Source: an uncultured Mycoplasma sp.
GTDB lineage: Bacteria; Bacillota_I; Bacilli_A; RF39; UBA660
Assembly: GCA_964499645.1 (NCBI GenBank)
Contig: CAZCLV010000001.1
Coordinates: forward strand, 1-50,400
DNA length: 50,400 nucleotides
Reading direction: 5' to 3'
Positions 1-8,768 of this stretch are shown here, in pieces. The notes under the pieces were generated by a model that was given only the letters and a program-made list of their open reading frames with translations, was not told the origin of the DNA and did not search any database. Positions within the stretch are counted from its first letter, which is position 1, and every line of letters starts with the position of its first letter. The translations under genes and the position numbers were made by a program.

Positions 1-19
1 TGAAAAACCCCGTAAATAC

Positions 20-55
20 AAAAAAAGTGGAGCACCGTAGTGCTCCTTCAGGGGG
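20..55 (-). terminator. Intrinsic terminator module: 7-bp stem, tetraloop and U7 on the minus strand, preceded by CCCCCUGAA. Probable end of the ten-gene operon.
   Basis: Plus strand shows A7 at 20-26, GGAGCAC 29-35 / GTGCTCC 40-46 perfect inverted repeat with loop CGTA, then TTCAGGGGG at 47-55. Confidence 0.75.
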
Positions 56-95
56 AAATATTATTATCAGTTCGTAACAATTTAATAATAGATTA

Positions 96-125
96 AAGTC
101 TTATAAAATAAGGCTTTTTAATTTT
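96..125 (+). terminator. Hairpin AAGTCTTAT-AAA-ATAAGGCTT followed by a T-rich tract. Terminator-like on the plus strand, weaker on the minus strand (C-A mismatch).
   Basis: 9-bp inverted repeat 96-104/108-116 with one G-U pair on the plus RNA, then TTTTAATTTT. Confidence 0.35.
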
Positions 126-239
126 CTTAAATTTACTAAAATTTACTAAAATAACTTTATCATTGACATTTAGTATCTAGTTTTGGTATCTGAAAAATTT
201 TAATCATCTATTTCTAAAACAAAGAACTATTATATCTTA

Positions 240-1043
240 TCAATATTTTTTTATTCTTTCCAACGGACAAGTTAGACATCTTAAATAACCAGTTTCTTTT
301 ACTGTGTCATATATATCCATTACTTCTACTTTAAATTTTTTTTCTTTTAAAGCTCTAATTAAATCATCATGTCTTTTTTGTACTATGACAACATTATCCC
401 CTAAACAAATTACATTCGTTACTAATTCATCTTGTTCGCTTTTATCAACATAAATAATATTTGTAAATAACTCTTCTATTATATTTATTGATTCTTCTTC
501 TAACCCATCTTTATATACAATCACTGTATCTTTTGATATTGGATTAAATATACAATCTAAATGAACAAAAGGAAAATATGGATTAGGATTTTTCATATAT
601 AAAGGAATAATTCTATACTCTGGTGAAAAAGTATCATTCATAAACTTTAAACCATTTTCATTTGTTCTATTTCCTTTTTGACCAACAAAGATAATATCAT
701 TATAAAGTAGAACATCTCCGCCTTCGACAATTGTATCACCATATAAATAAATTCTATTTTTCCCATCTATTTTATCTAATATATCTTTGGCGGATTCTAT
801 TTCCAATTGTCTTATACTTTCTTTCATATGACAAATTAACATTTTATTTCCAATTACAATAAATGGATCTCTAACAAACATTTGATATCTATCATTATTC
901 TGTTTTTGAGTCATAACAATTTCTACATTATATTTCTTTAATATATCTAATAATTGTTTTTGCTGACTTGAGTATTCTTCATCTACTGGCGCTAATAACA
1001 CTTTAGTTAATTTATCATATTCATTTTTTACATTCAAACGCAT
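240..1043 (-). CDS. Guanidino-group-modifying enzyme superfamily protein (DDAH / amidinotransferase / arginine-deiminase fold)
   Basis: Motifs MFVRDPF, VEGGDVL, GNRTN, VHLDCIF and C-terminal GYLRCLTCP (candidate catalytic Cys). Last gene of the operon, 3 nt after the upstream stop. Confidence 0.75.
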   Translation of the reverse strand: MRLNVKNEYDKLTKVLLAPVDEEYSSQQKQLLDILKKYNVEIVMTQKQNNDRYQMFVRDPFIVIGNKMLICHMKESIRQLEIESAKDILDKIDGKNRIYLYGDTIVEGGDVLLYNDIIFVGQKGNRTNENGLKFMNDTFSPEYRIIPLYMKNPNPYFPFVHLDCIFNPISKDTVIVYKDGLEEESINIIEELFTNIIYVDKSEQDELVTNVICLGDNVVIVQKRHDDLIRALKEKKFKVEVMDIYDTVKETGYLRCLTCPLERIKKY

Positions 1044-1046
1044 TAT

Positions 1047-1655
1047 TTATCCTATTAAATCAGTGAAGTCTTCTACATAATAATCTGCAACTTCTTTTAT
1101 TTCTTTTAGTTCATCATTAGTAAAAGGATAATTCTTATTTTTAGCCCATATAGTAGAAATTCCAATATTTTTTGCTGCTTTTAATTCAAATGGCATATCA
1201 CAAATTGCTACTACCGTGGATTTATCAGATACCTTAACTAAATCTAAGGCTTTATTATATAATTCTTCATCTGTAAATTTACATTCGAAAAGTGTTTCAC
1301 TAGCAATTAAATCAAACTTTTCAAAAGGAAATGTTTTATTAACTTCCTCATTTTTTAACATAGTTTTATTCGTTAATTCACATTTATTAACAACTACTTG
1401 AGAAAGGCCATTATCTTTAAAATAATTTAAAGCTTTATCAGCATTAGCTCTATATCCCAATGTTTTATAAGCATTAGCTGCTATTTCTTCAGAAGCCTTA
1501 CCAACTTCCCCTTTACTAACACTTCCATATTTTTCCGCTACTAACTTATCCATGTTATACCACATAACTTCAGTATCAAATAATGTACCATCTAAATCCC
1601 AACAAATAAATTTAATATTTGGTAATGATTTTAATAATTTATTTACCTTTTTCAT
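1047..1655 (-). CDS. HAD-superfamily hydrolase/phosphatase
   Basis: Motif I WDLDGTLFDTE near the N-terminus. GGAGG Shine-Dalgarno upstream of the ATG. Confidence 0.75.
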   Translation of the reverse strand: MKKVNKLLKSLPNIKFICWDLDGTLFDTEVMWYNMDKLVAEKYGSVSKGEVGKASEEIAANAYKTLGYRANADKALNYFKDNGLSQVVVNKCELTNKTMLKNEEVNKTFPFEKFDLIASETLFECKFTDEELYNKALDLVKVSDKSTVVAICDMPFELKAAKNIGISTIWAKNKNYPFTNDELKEIKEVADYYVEDFTDLIG

Positions 1656-1663
1656 ATTTCCTC

Positions 1664-2449
1664 CTAGTTATCAATTATTTCATCTGTCATTTCATTAAAG
1701 CGTAATCCATTAACTAAAATTGATTCCATTCCATCTTCAATAATATGTCCAAACGATAATTCTGGAACTTCTTCAGGATTACAGAAGAATGGTCTTTCAT
1801 AACCTTGAGGACTAAATACTAACTTATAAATTTTGTTATCTCCAAATATAACAATATTTCTTGTATCTTTACTTAATTTAATAGGATTATTACTTTTCTT
1901 TCTAGCATGTCCTACATTTAAAGGTCTTTCTTCATCCCATTGCTTTTCAACATATAAAATACCTTTATATTTTTCTTTAAAGTACTCTAAATTATCTTCT
2001 GCCACTTGAGGATCTTTATTTAATAATCTCATAGAACGATCATGGTATTTACCTCTTGAAACGTAAACATAAACAGCATCAATATACTTGGTTTTCTTAG
2101 CGAATATATCTATCATTTTTTCTACTCTAGTACGATCAACACAGTTAGTAAAGAACCATACTTCATGAACCTTAATTTTATTTTTAACAATATTATCATA
2201 CATTCTTTGAACTAAATCTAATTCTAAAGATGGCTCTCCTCCTAATATTTTTAAAATATTTATTTCTTTAAAAGGTTTCATAGAAGCATCTATCATATCT
2301 ATAGTCATAGAACATTTACCAGGTCCACCTTCACTACAATAACCAACACAATTTAAATTACACTTTTGAGTGATTAGATATTCTAGTTCTTCTATCTTCA
2401 TATTATCCTTATCAAAATATTTTTTAAATGTCTCATATTTCTTATTCAT
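1664..2449 (-). CDS. Radical-SAM-type enzyme with atypical cluster motif CNLNCVGYC (Cx3Cx3C)
   Basis: N-terminal Cys triad-like motif followed by the GGEP SAM-binding motif (ILGGEPSLE). GGAG SD upstream. Confidence 0.6.
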   Translation of the reverse strand: MNKKYETFKKYFDKDNMKIEELEYLITQKCNLNCVGYCSEGGPGKCSMTIDMIDASMKPFKEINILKILGGEPSLELDLVQRMYDNIVKNKIKVHEVWFFTNCVDRTRVEKMIDIFAKKTKYIDAVYVYVSRGKYHDRSMRLLNKDPQVAEDNLEYFKEKYKGILYVEKQWDEERPLNVGHARKKSNNPIKLSKDTRNIVIFGDNKIYKLVFSPQGYERPFFCNPEEVPELSFGHIIEDGMESILVNGLRFNEMTDEIIDN

Positions 2450-2463
2450 ACAAACTCTCCTTC

Positions 2464-3429
2464 TTACTTATATACATTATTTTTTAACTTTCTAACACTT
2501 TTTAACCTTTTATCATTGAATGATAAATAATTATATTCAAAAATAGAAGGTAAATTATTATCAACTAATATCTTGTCTAGCTTTCTGCTTGAACCTTGGA
2601 AACGAGGATTAATCTCAATAAAATATAATTCATTATTTGTATATATATAATCTATTCCTAAAACTCCTCTATAACCAAGTTCTTTTAATTTCAAACATAT
2701 CTTTGTTGTATAATCCAAAAATTTCTTTCTTACATCCTTTTTAATCTTAATATCATAAAAAGAATCTACATATTCAATTTTTTCTCCAATTTCTAAATCT
2801 TGCATTGAAGGTGGAAAAATAATAAAATTACCACTTCCTATAACACAATTAATATTATATGGAATATTATCTTTCATATAGAAAGATATTATATACAACT
2901 CATCTGGTCTTAATTTATTTTTAATATCTTTCCAATTATCTTTATCACATAGAAATGTTTTGGATCCTCCACTACCAAGTGGATGTTGAACAACTAACAT
3001 TTCTCCTTTAGGACTTAATTTATTAAAATCAAAATCTTTATCTTTAATATATTGATATTCCAACATTGAAACCATTCCTTGAAATAATTCTCTCATTTCT
3101 TTTTTATTATTAAATAAACTAATTAAATAATCACTATTCTTACAAATTAATTTAGCATTACTAGGAATATCACATTGAGAAACTATTTTATAATCATGTG
3201 CCATAATTTCAAATGGTTCTTTTATTGTTTTTAATAATTCGTTATATATCTTTATTTCTCTAGGATTACTATCTGGATTCCAATATTCAAATTCTAATAC
3301 ATGATCTAAAGTATTAGTTGTATAAGATATATTCTTTTCACTATTATTACCAAACAAAGTAATAGAATAATCAAAAAAATTAGAATTCTCAATAGTTATC
3401 TCTTTTGGACCTACATAAACACGTTTCAT
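2464..3429 (-). CDS. ATP-grasp family ligase
   Basis: C-terminal GVLGIDYIY...LYFIEINPRFQGSS, typical of the ATP-grasp Mg/ATP site. Confidence 0.7.
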   Translation of the reverse strand: MKRVYVGPKEITIENSNFFDYSITLFGNNSEKNISYTTNTLDHVLEFEYWNPDSNPREIKIYNELLKTIKEPFEIMAHDYKIVSQCDIPSNAKLICKNSDYLISLFNNKKEMRELFQGMVSMLEYQYIKDKDFDFNKLSPKGEMLVVQHPLGSGGSKTFLCDKDNWKDIKNKLRPDELYIISFYMKDNIPYNINCVIGSGNFIIFPPSMQDLEIGEKIEYVDSFYDIKIKKDVRKKFLDYTTKICLKLKELGYRGVLGIDYIYTNNELYFIEINPRFQGSSRKLDKILVDNNLPSIFEYNYLSFNDKRLKSVRKLKNNVYK

Positions 3430-3438
3430 ATATTAACC

Positions 3439-4476
3439 TTATAAAACATTATGTGTGCATGGCTTACACAATGGTCCCATTTTAACTTTATATTTCTTAC
3501 AAATTTTTTCACTTTTCTCTTTAGCTTCAATAAATAAATCAGCTTTTGGTGGGAAATTAGCTTCGCCATACGGGAATAATGGTGATAATACTGGATTGAC
3601 TCCAATCTTAGCTAGTTTTTCTACACCTTTTAATGTTTCTTCTAAAGGTTCAATACCAACAATCAACAAAGAACGAACTCTATCTTTTCCAAATATCTTA
3701 ACTGCTGTTTCTAAAAACTTAAGATAATTTTCTTGACCAATAGCATATTTTTCTGGACAGTATTTTTTTAAATAATCAGGATGATTTAATTCCATATTAA
3801 TAGACAAGCCATATACCCCAACATCTTTTAAATGTTGAATATATCCTTCATATTGTAAACTATCATTATAACTAGTAAATCCCCTTGGAGTCATCATAAT
3901 ATCCATCTCGTAATCGTAATACTTCTTTGTAAAATGATCATACATATCAGTAATTGCTTCTAAATCTCTTTCATATACTGAACCACTTGATATTAATATA
4001 TGTCTCGTATTAGTTTGTTCTAAAGCTACTTCTAAAGCTTCTTCCATACCTTTAATAGAATTTAATTCATATTTATATTCAACAGCATTACAGAATTTAC
4101 AATTATTAGAGCAACCACTCATTAATTGTAAACGAGTACGATCTGTGTATGTATTTACATATACACATATTTTTTTACCATCAATTATCATTTCATCTCT
4201 CATATAATCTGGTGGTGTAATTACTGTAGTTTCTATTTTATCTTTTCCATCGCTAATATATAATTTTCCATCTTCGGTAATTAATTTATAATGTGAAGTT
4301 TTTTCAACACCAATAGTTGCATAAGTATCTTCATATTGTAATGAAATACCACTACAAGTAATATAATCATCCATCAACCAAATATCCGATTGCTTATCAA
4401 GTACTTTCTTAGTTTCCTTTGAAACTTTAATTCCTTCTTCAAGAAGTTTTGCTTTTAAAATAAATCCTTTCTCCAT
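3439..4476 (-). CDS. Radical SAM enzyme (canonical Cx3Cx2C) with an N-terminal extra domain of about 100 aa
   Basis: SGCSNNCKFCNA motif. GGAGG SD upstream. Confidence 0.8.
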   Translation of the reverse strand: MEKGFILKAKLLEEGIKVSKETKKVLDKQSDIWLMDDYITCSGISLQYEDTYATIGVEKTSHYKLITEDGKLYISDGKDKIETTVITPPDYMRDEMIIDGKKICVYVNTYTDRTRLQLMSGCSNNCKFCNAVEYKYELNSIKGMEEALEVALEQTNTRHILISSGSVYERDLEAITDMYDHFTKKYYDYEMDIMMTPRGFTSYNDSLQYEGYIQHLKDVGVYGLSINMELNHPDYLKKYCPEKYAIGQENYLKFLETAVKIFGKDRVRSLLIVGIEPLEETLKGVEKLAKIGVNPVLSPLFPYGEANFPPKADLFIEAKEKSEKICKKYKVKMGPLCKPCTHNVL

Positions 4477-4488
4477 ATACGTCCTCCT

Positions 4489-5661
4489 TTATTTATCTTC
4501 ATTATCTAAAATATCTTTAATTCTTTGTCTAATACTCCTAGAATCTGTCATTTTCATAATATCTTTCCATAATGGATAACAATGTTTACATTTAGGAATA
4601 TCTTCTAAAAATTTAATATCATATGTAGCATTAAATTTCTTTATTCCTTCTATGTATTCTCCTGTACATAAAGAGCAATTAGAAGAAGTTAAATGTGGGA
4701 ATACTTCATTTCTTCCCTCAAATCCTACTCCTTGGCTTCCACTTAAGACTTCCTCATCAAAATATCCTCCGATTCTAATATCTAAATTTTGATTAGGTAA
4801 AGCCTTATAAATACCTTTAACAATTTCTTCTATACTCCATAACCAAGGTACTCTATATTGCCCCATATCATATAAATAATTGGCTAAAGAATAATCTTGT
4901 AAAGAAGTAGGCTCAATAGATACTGCATCAAATCCCATATTGAAGCAATCAATAGAAGTTTGAATAGCATCTAAGACAGCTTCTCTTTCTGTTAAAAAGA
5001 TTGGTTTAAAATTAACATATGCTAATGCTTTATAGCCATACTTATGTAATCTTTTAATAGATTTTTTTATTGTTTCTAAATGTTCTAATCCTTTATGATG
5101 ACATAACTCTCTAATTGTTTTATTAGTAGATTCAACACCTATTCCTACTTCAACCAATCCTGAATATACATCTTTAATATTTTTTATTGCATCATCTGTA
5201 ACATATTCTGCTCTAGATTCTACAATAACTTTCTTAACTCCATCATATTGATTAAGAGTATTAAAAATATAATGTATTACTGGTTTTGATACTTCATTTT
5301 CATTAAACAGACTACCTAAGTTATATAAACATAAAACAGAATAATCATTTAAATTAAATTTAAAGTTTTCTTTTTCAATAGCTGTACCATCTAATACGCT
5401 ATCCCATTGGGCTTTATAATTCTTATCAGTTACTTTATGTATTGGAGTTCCATTGAAATGAGAACACATAGAACAACCTCCTGTTTTTTTATAATGTTCA
5501 CATCCATTAGCTCTTAATACAACCATAATACGATCAATTATTTTACCTTCATAGAAAAACTTATTAATCTCAATTTCTGCTAATTTATTATTATTAAATT
5601 TCTTTAAAATCGTATCATCTCTTAAAGATTTGATTTTCTTTTCTACGATATCTTTAACCAC
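4489..5661 (-). CDS. Radical-SAM-like enzyme of the Elp3/YhcC/TIGR01210-like type, with Cx8Cx2C and C-terminal CxxC...CxxC
   Basis: ANGCEHYKKTGGCSMCSH motif, C-terminal NCSLCTGEY...KCKHCYP. GTG start overlaps the upstream stop by 1 nt. Confidence 0.55.
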   Translation of the reverse strand: MVKDIVEKKIKSLRDDTILKKFNNNKLAEIEINKFFYEGKIIDRIMVVLRANGCEHYKKTGGCSMCSHFNGTPIHKVTDKNYKAQWDSVLDGTAIEKENFKFNLNDYSVLCLYNLGSLFNENEVSKPVIHYIFNTLNQYDGVKKVIVESRAEYVTDDAIKNIKDVYSGLVEVGIGVESTNKTIRELCHHKGLEHLETIKKSIKRLHKYGYKALAYVNFKPIFLTEREAVLDAIQTSIDCFNMGFDAVSIEPTSLQDYSLANYLYDMGQYRVPWLWSIEEIVKGIYKALPNQNLDIRIGGYFDEEVLSGSQGVGFEGRNEVFPHLTSSNCSLCTGEYIEGIKKFNATYDIKFLEDIPKCKHCYPLWKDIMKMTDSRSIRQRIKDILDNEDK

Positions 5662-7031
5662 TACTTCACATCCTTACATAAATTAATTACTGGTCTATAT
5701 TTAGTTCCTTTTAACATAGGGAATTCTTCAACCATTTCTATTTTTAATTCCATAGATTCCGGTATTAATAAATATATACTTTTTCTAATAACATCTAAAT
5801 CTAACTTGAAATCGCCAGGAATAAGATATAATACTAACTCTCCTTTTTTATATTGAACAAATTGATATCTTAATCCATGTACTGGAATATTAAATTCCAA
5901 ATACCAATTATAGGCAATATCCATAAATGAAGATGCTGGAACATATTTATTTTTACCTATCAAAATACTATCCATAAAACGTCCTTGTATTTTTCTCATT
6001 GTCCTACAATTATTATGACATCCACAAGAAATTGGTTTATCTAATATTACTAAATCTCCTTGATTATATTTAATAATTGGAGTTGAAGTATTTAATAGAT
6101 TAGTTCCTATTAATATTCCTTCTTCTCCGCATCTAACTTTTTTAAAGGTTTTTGGATTAACAGCTTCTACATAACAAGCATCCTCTTCCAAATGATATGT
6201 ATGATAAGGGCACTCTAAAGCTATTCTTGTTAATTCCTCACTACTATATTCATCAACTATTTTTACATTCAATTCTTTTTCTAATTCTTTTCTAAAAGAT
6301 CTACTGGATTGTTCTGAATGAACAATAACAGTTTCGACTCCATACTTACTTAAATCAATTCTTTTTTCACTTATTCTTTCAAGATAAGTAGGATATGTTG
6401 AAATTATTCTTGGTTTTATTTCTTTTATCTTAGAAATAGCTTCTTCAATCTTAGTTGTTGTAGGTAAAAATTCTGTTTTATATAATCCATCTACTTCTGT
6501 AATCCACCAAGGACACGTATATATAAATAAAACAGTATCTTTAGGATCATAATGATTTTCTGATTGCATATAATATTGTCTAAATCCTTGAATAGTATCT
6601 TCATATATAGCTTCTTTAGATACAGCTATTGTTACAAATTTACCACTTGATCCAGAACTACGCGTTGAAAGGTTAAAATCTTCAACATTTTTTGCTATAT
6701 CATTAGGAAAACCTTTAATCAATTCTTCTTTAGTCAAAATTGGTAATTTATCATAATCTTCCCAAGTCTTTATATCACCTTTTTTAAAACCAATAGCATC
6801 ATATTTTTTTCTATATAAAGGAATGTTTTCGTAAGCGTAATCAACAATAAACGATATTCTCTTTAATTGCCATTTTCTTATTTCTTCATAACTTTGATAT
6901 GGAAAATCACGAATACTTTCCCACTTTTTCTTCAGCATTTCTTTAATTCTATTTTCATGGATATTACTTTTAAAAATTTCTTTTGAATTTTTCTTTAAAT
7001 TAATATAATCATCATTTGTAAAATCATTCAT
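5661..7031 (-). CDS. Adenylate-forming ligase, phenylacetate-CoA ligase (PaaK) / coenzyme F390 synthetase / CapK-like
   Basis: STRSSGSSGKFVTI AMP-binding loop and KYNQGDLV motif. AGAGG SD upstream. Confidence 0.7.
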   Translation of the reverse strand: MNDFTNDDYINLKKNSKEIFKSNIHENRIKEMLKKKWESIRDFPYQSYEEIRKWQLKRISFIVDYAYENIPLYRKKYDAIGFKKGDIKTWEDYDKLPILTKEELIKGFPNDIAKNVEDFNLSTRSSGSSGKFVTIAVSKEAIYEDTIQGFRQYYMQSENHYDPKDTVLFIYTCPWWITEVDGLYKTEFLPTTTKIEEAISKIKEIKPRIISTYPTYLERISEKRIDLSKYGVETVIVHSEQSSRSFRKELEKELNVKIVDEYSSEELTRIALECPYHTYHLEEDACYVEAVNPKTFKKVRCGEEGILIGTNLLNTSTPIIKYNQGDLVILDKPISCGCHNNCRTMRKIQGRFMDSILIGKNKYVPASSFMDIAYNWYLEFNIPVHGLRYQFVQYKKGELVLYLIPGDFKLDLDVIRKSIYLLIPESMELKIEMVEEFPMLKGTKYRPVINLCKDVK

Positions 7032-7054
7032 AATTATTACCTCTTTCTAAATTA

Positions 7055-7112
7055 AAAAGTGATGTTAAAAACTATAATTAAATTACCCATCTAATTACAT
7101 TACATCACTTTT
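7055..7112 (-). promoter_or_regulatory. Intercistronic 11-bp stem with 36-nt loop followed by U5, in the only sizeable gap of the operon. Possible partial terminator or RNA stability element.
   Basis: AAAAGTGATGT 7055-7065 pairs with ACATCACTTTT 7102-7112. Starts 2 nt after the GNAT stop. Confidence 0.5.
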
Positions 7113-7113
7113 A

Positions 7114-7620
7114 TTACAATAACATTTCAAAACCATATTCATTCAATGAAAAATCATCATGAATTATTTCTTTATAAATTCCGGAAACCTTTTTAAAGCC
7201 ACAATTAGAATATAAATTAATAGCGGGAGTATTAATTTCACTAACTAATAGTCGCAAATACTTTGCATCTTTGCTTTTAGCAATTTTACAAGCCTCATTA
7301 ATTAGTTTTTTACCAATCCCCTGGTGCAAATATTTAACATTAACACCTAATCTATTTATTACATAAGCTTTGGCAGCATCATTTTCCCATTCTAAACCAT
7401 CAAAAGAATTAACAAATTCGTATAGAGAAAAAACACCTAGTATCTCTTTATCATTTTTTAATAAATAAAGATTTTGTTGTTCGATATCAGACTCAAAAAC
7501 CTCATTTGGATAATATTCATTCCAAATTTTAATATCATTTTCATACATATTTTTAATTATTCTTGTATACATTTCTTTTATTTGATTTAAATCTTCTAAT
7601 CTGGCTAAAACAACTTCCAT
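7114..7620 (-). CDS. GNAT family N-acetyltransferase
   Basis: HQGIGKKLINEA motif-A-like segment. The track ORF starts at GTG 7629, but ATG 7620 sits 5 nt after AAGAGGTG and is the more plausible start. Confidence 0.75.
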   Translation of the reverse strand: MEVVLARLEDLNQIKEMYTRIIKNMYENDIKIWNEYYPNEVFESDIEQQNLYLLKNDKEILGVFSLYEFVNSFDGLEWENDAAKAYVINRLGVNVKYLHQGIGKKLINEACKIAKSKDAKYLRLLVSEINTPAINLYSNCGFKKVSGIYKEIIHDDFSLNEYGFEMLL

Positions 7621-7625
7621 ACTTA

Positions 7626-8768
7626 TCACCTCTTCATCGACAATTTTTTATCTTCTTTTTTTATATATGTTAAATAGTTACTTAACAAATCTTTTAACTC
7701 AACTTCATAGTGCAACAAATTATCTATAGTAATTGTTTCTTTAGAACTATGAATTCCATCAGGAATCCCCGGACCATATATTACTATATTTGCATTTGAA
7801 AATAATTCTTGAAAATAACCTGCTTCAGTAGCATATTTCGCATCTAGCGTTGACTTTCCACCAATATCTGCTTGCTTATTTAAAAACTCACTTTCTCTTT
7901 TTTCAAATGGAGGTATTGATAGCACATTAAACAATTTTGATTCACCATAGCAATTACTTATTTCATTATGCTTTCTAATTAAATATCCGGAAATTGCATC
8001 AAGAATCATTTTATTAGATGTTCTAATTCCAAAACAAAGAGAACTCATATCAGGAACTACATTTGATGGAGATTTACCACCATCTATATGTGTAATACAA
8101 ATAGCAGCATCATTTGATGTTTGTTTCTTAACTTTCATTATTTCTGAACTAAATAGTGTTTGAAGTTCTATTGCATTTATTCCTAACTCTGGGGTTCCAG
8201 AATGACAGGAAATGCCATTCATAATGCTTACATAAATAGAATTTCCCTTACTTGATACATAATAATCTAAATTTGTTGGTTCCCCAACAATAACCATGCT
8301 AGAATTTATATTTCTATTTTTAAGTTCACTAATTATTTGTTGAATTCCTATTAAATAATGTTCTTCATCACTAGTTAAAGAAATTATTACTGGTATATCT
8401 AAACTTTTTAAATAATCTAAATTGGCTATTATTGTAGCTACAAAAGATTTCATATCTGAAATACCTAATCCTTTAAGATTATTTCCATTAATTATAACAT
8501 TACAATTATGACCTTCACTTTCTCTAACTGTATCTATATGTCCAGATAATATTATAGAATCTTCAATATCCCTTAACTTGTGATTAACACCAATTAACAA
8601 ATGAATATTACCATTTTTATCCTCAATTTCTATTTTATCACAACAGTCATCAAAAGTAGTCCGTAAATATTCTATTATCTGATGCTTTTTTCCAATTTGA
8701 CCATATGAAGGAATACTTACGAGATCTTTTAAAATTGTAAGAACGTTATTTTCTTTTCTTGCTTCCAT
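7626..8768 (-). CDS. M20 family metallo-peptidase/deacylase (ArgE/DapE-like)
   Basis: SGHIDTV, ISDMKS and TSDEEH metal-ligand motifs. Start overlaps the ABC-F 3' end by 23 nt. Confidence 0.8.
   Translation of the reverse strand: MEARKENNVLTILKDLVSIPSYGQIGKKHQIIEYLRTTFDDCCDKIEIEDKNGNIHLLIGVNHKLRDIEDSIILSGHIDTVRESEGHNCNVIINGNNLKGLGISDMKSFVATIIANLDYLKSLDIPVIISLTSDEEHYLIGIQQIISELKNRNINSSMVIVGEPTNLDYYVSSKGNSIYVSIMNGISCHSGTPELGINAIELQTLFSSEIMKVKKQTSNDAAICITHIDGGKSPSNVVPDMSSLCFGIRTSNKMILDAISGYLIRKHNEISNCYGESKLFNVLSIPPFEKRESEFLNKQADIGGKSTLDAKYATEAGYFQELFSNANIVIYGPGIPDGIHSSKETITIDNLLHYEVELKDLLSNYLTYIKKEDKKLSMKR

Noticed and set aside
131-150. Tandem ATTTACTAAA x2, considered as a possible CRISPR or array fragment
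   Set aside because: There are only two 10-bp units with no spacers, in an AT-rich intergenic tract. Nothing CRISPR-like (repeats of 25-40 bp with unique spacers, or cas genes) occurs anywhere in the window.
1216-1401. Plus-strand ORFs in the track that lie antisense to long minus-strand genes (e.g. 1216-1401, 3455-3727, 8915-9685, 9977-10456, 25118-25613, 30004-30312, 36099-37036, 42631-42969, 49241-50128), and minus-strand ones inside plus genes (11425-11868, 27792-28043, 35112-35303)
   Set aside because: They are fully embedded in better-supported genes on the other strand. Their composition is low-complexity Phe/Ile/Leu/Ser-rich, typical of antisense frames in AT-rich DNA. They lack Shine-Dalgarno sequences.
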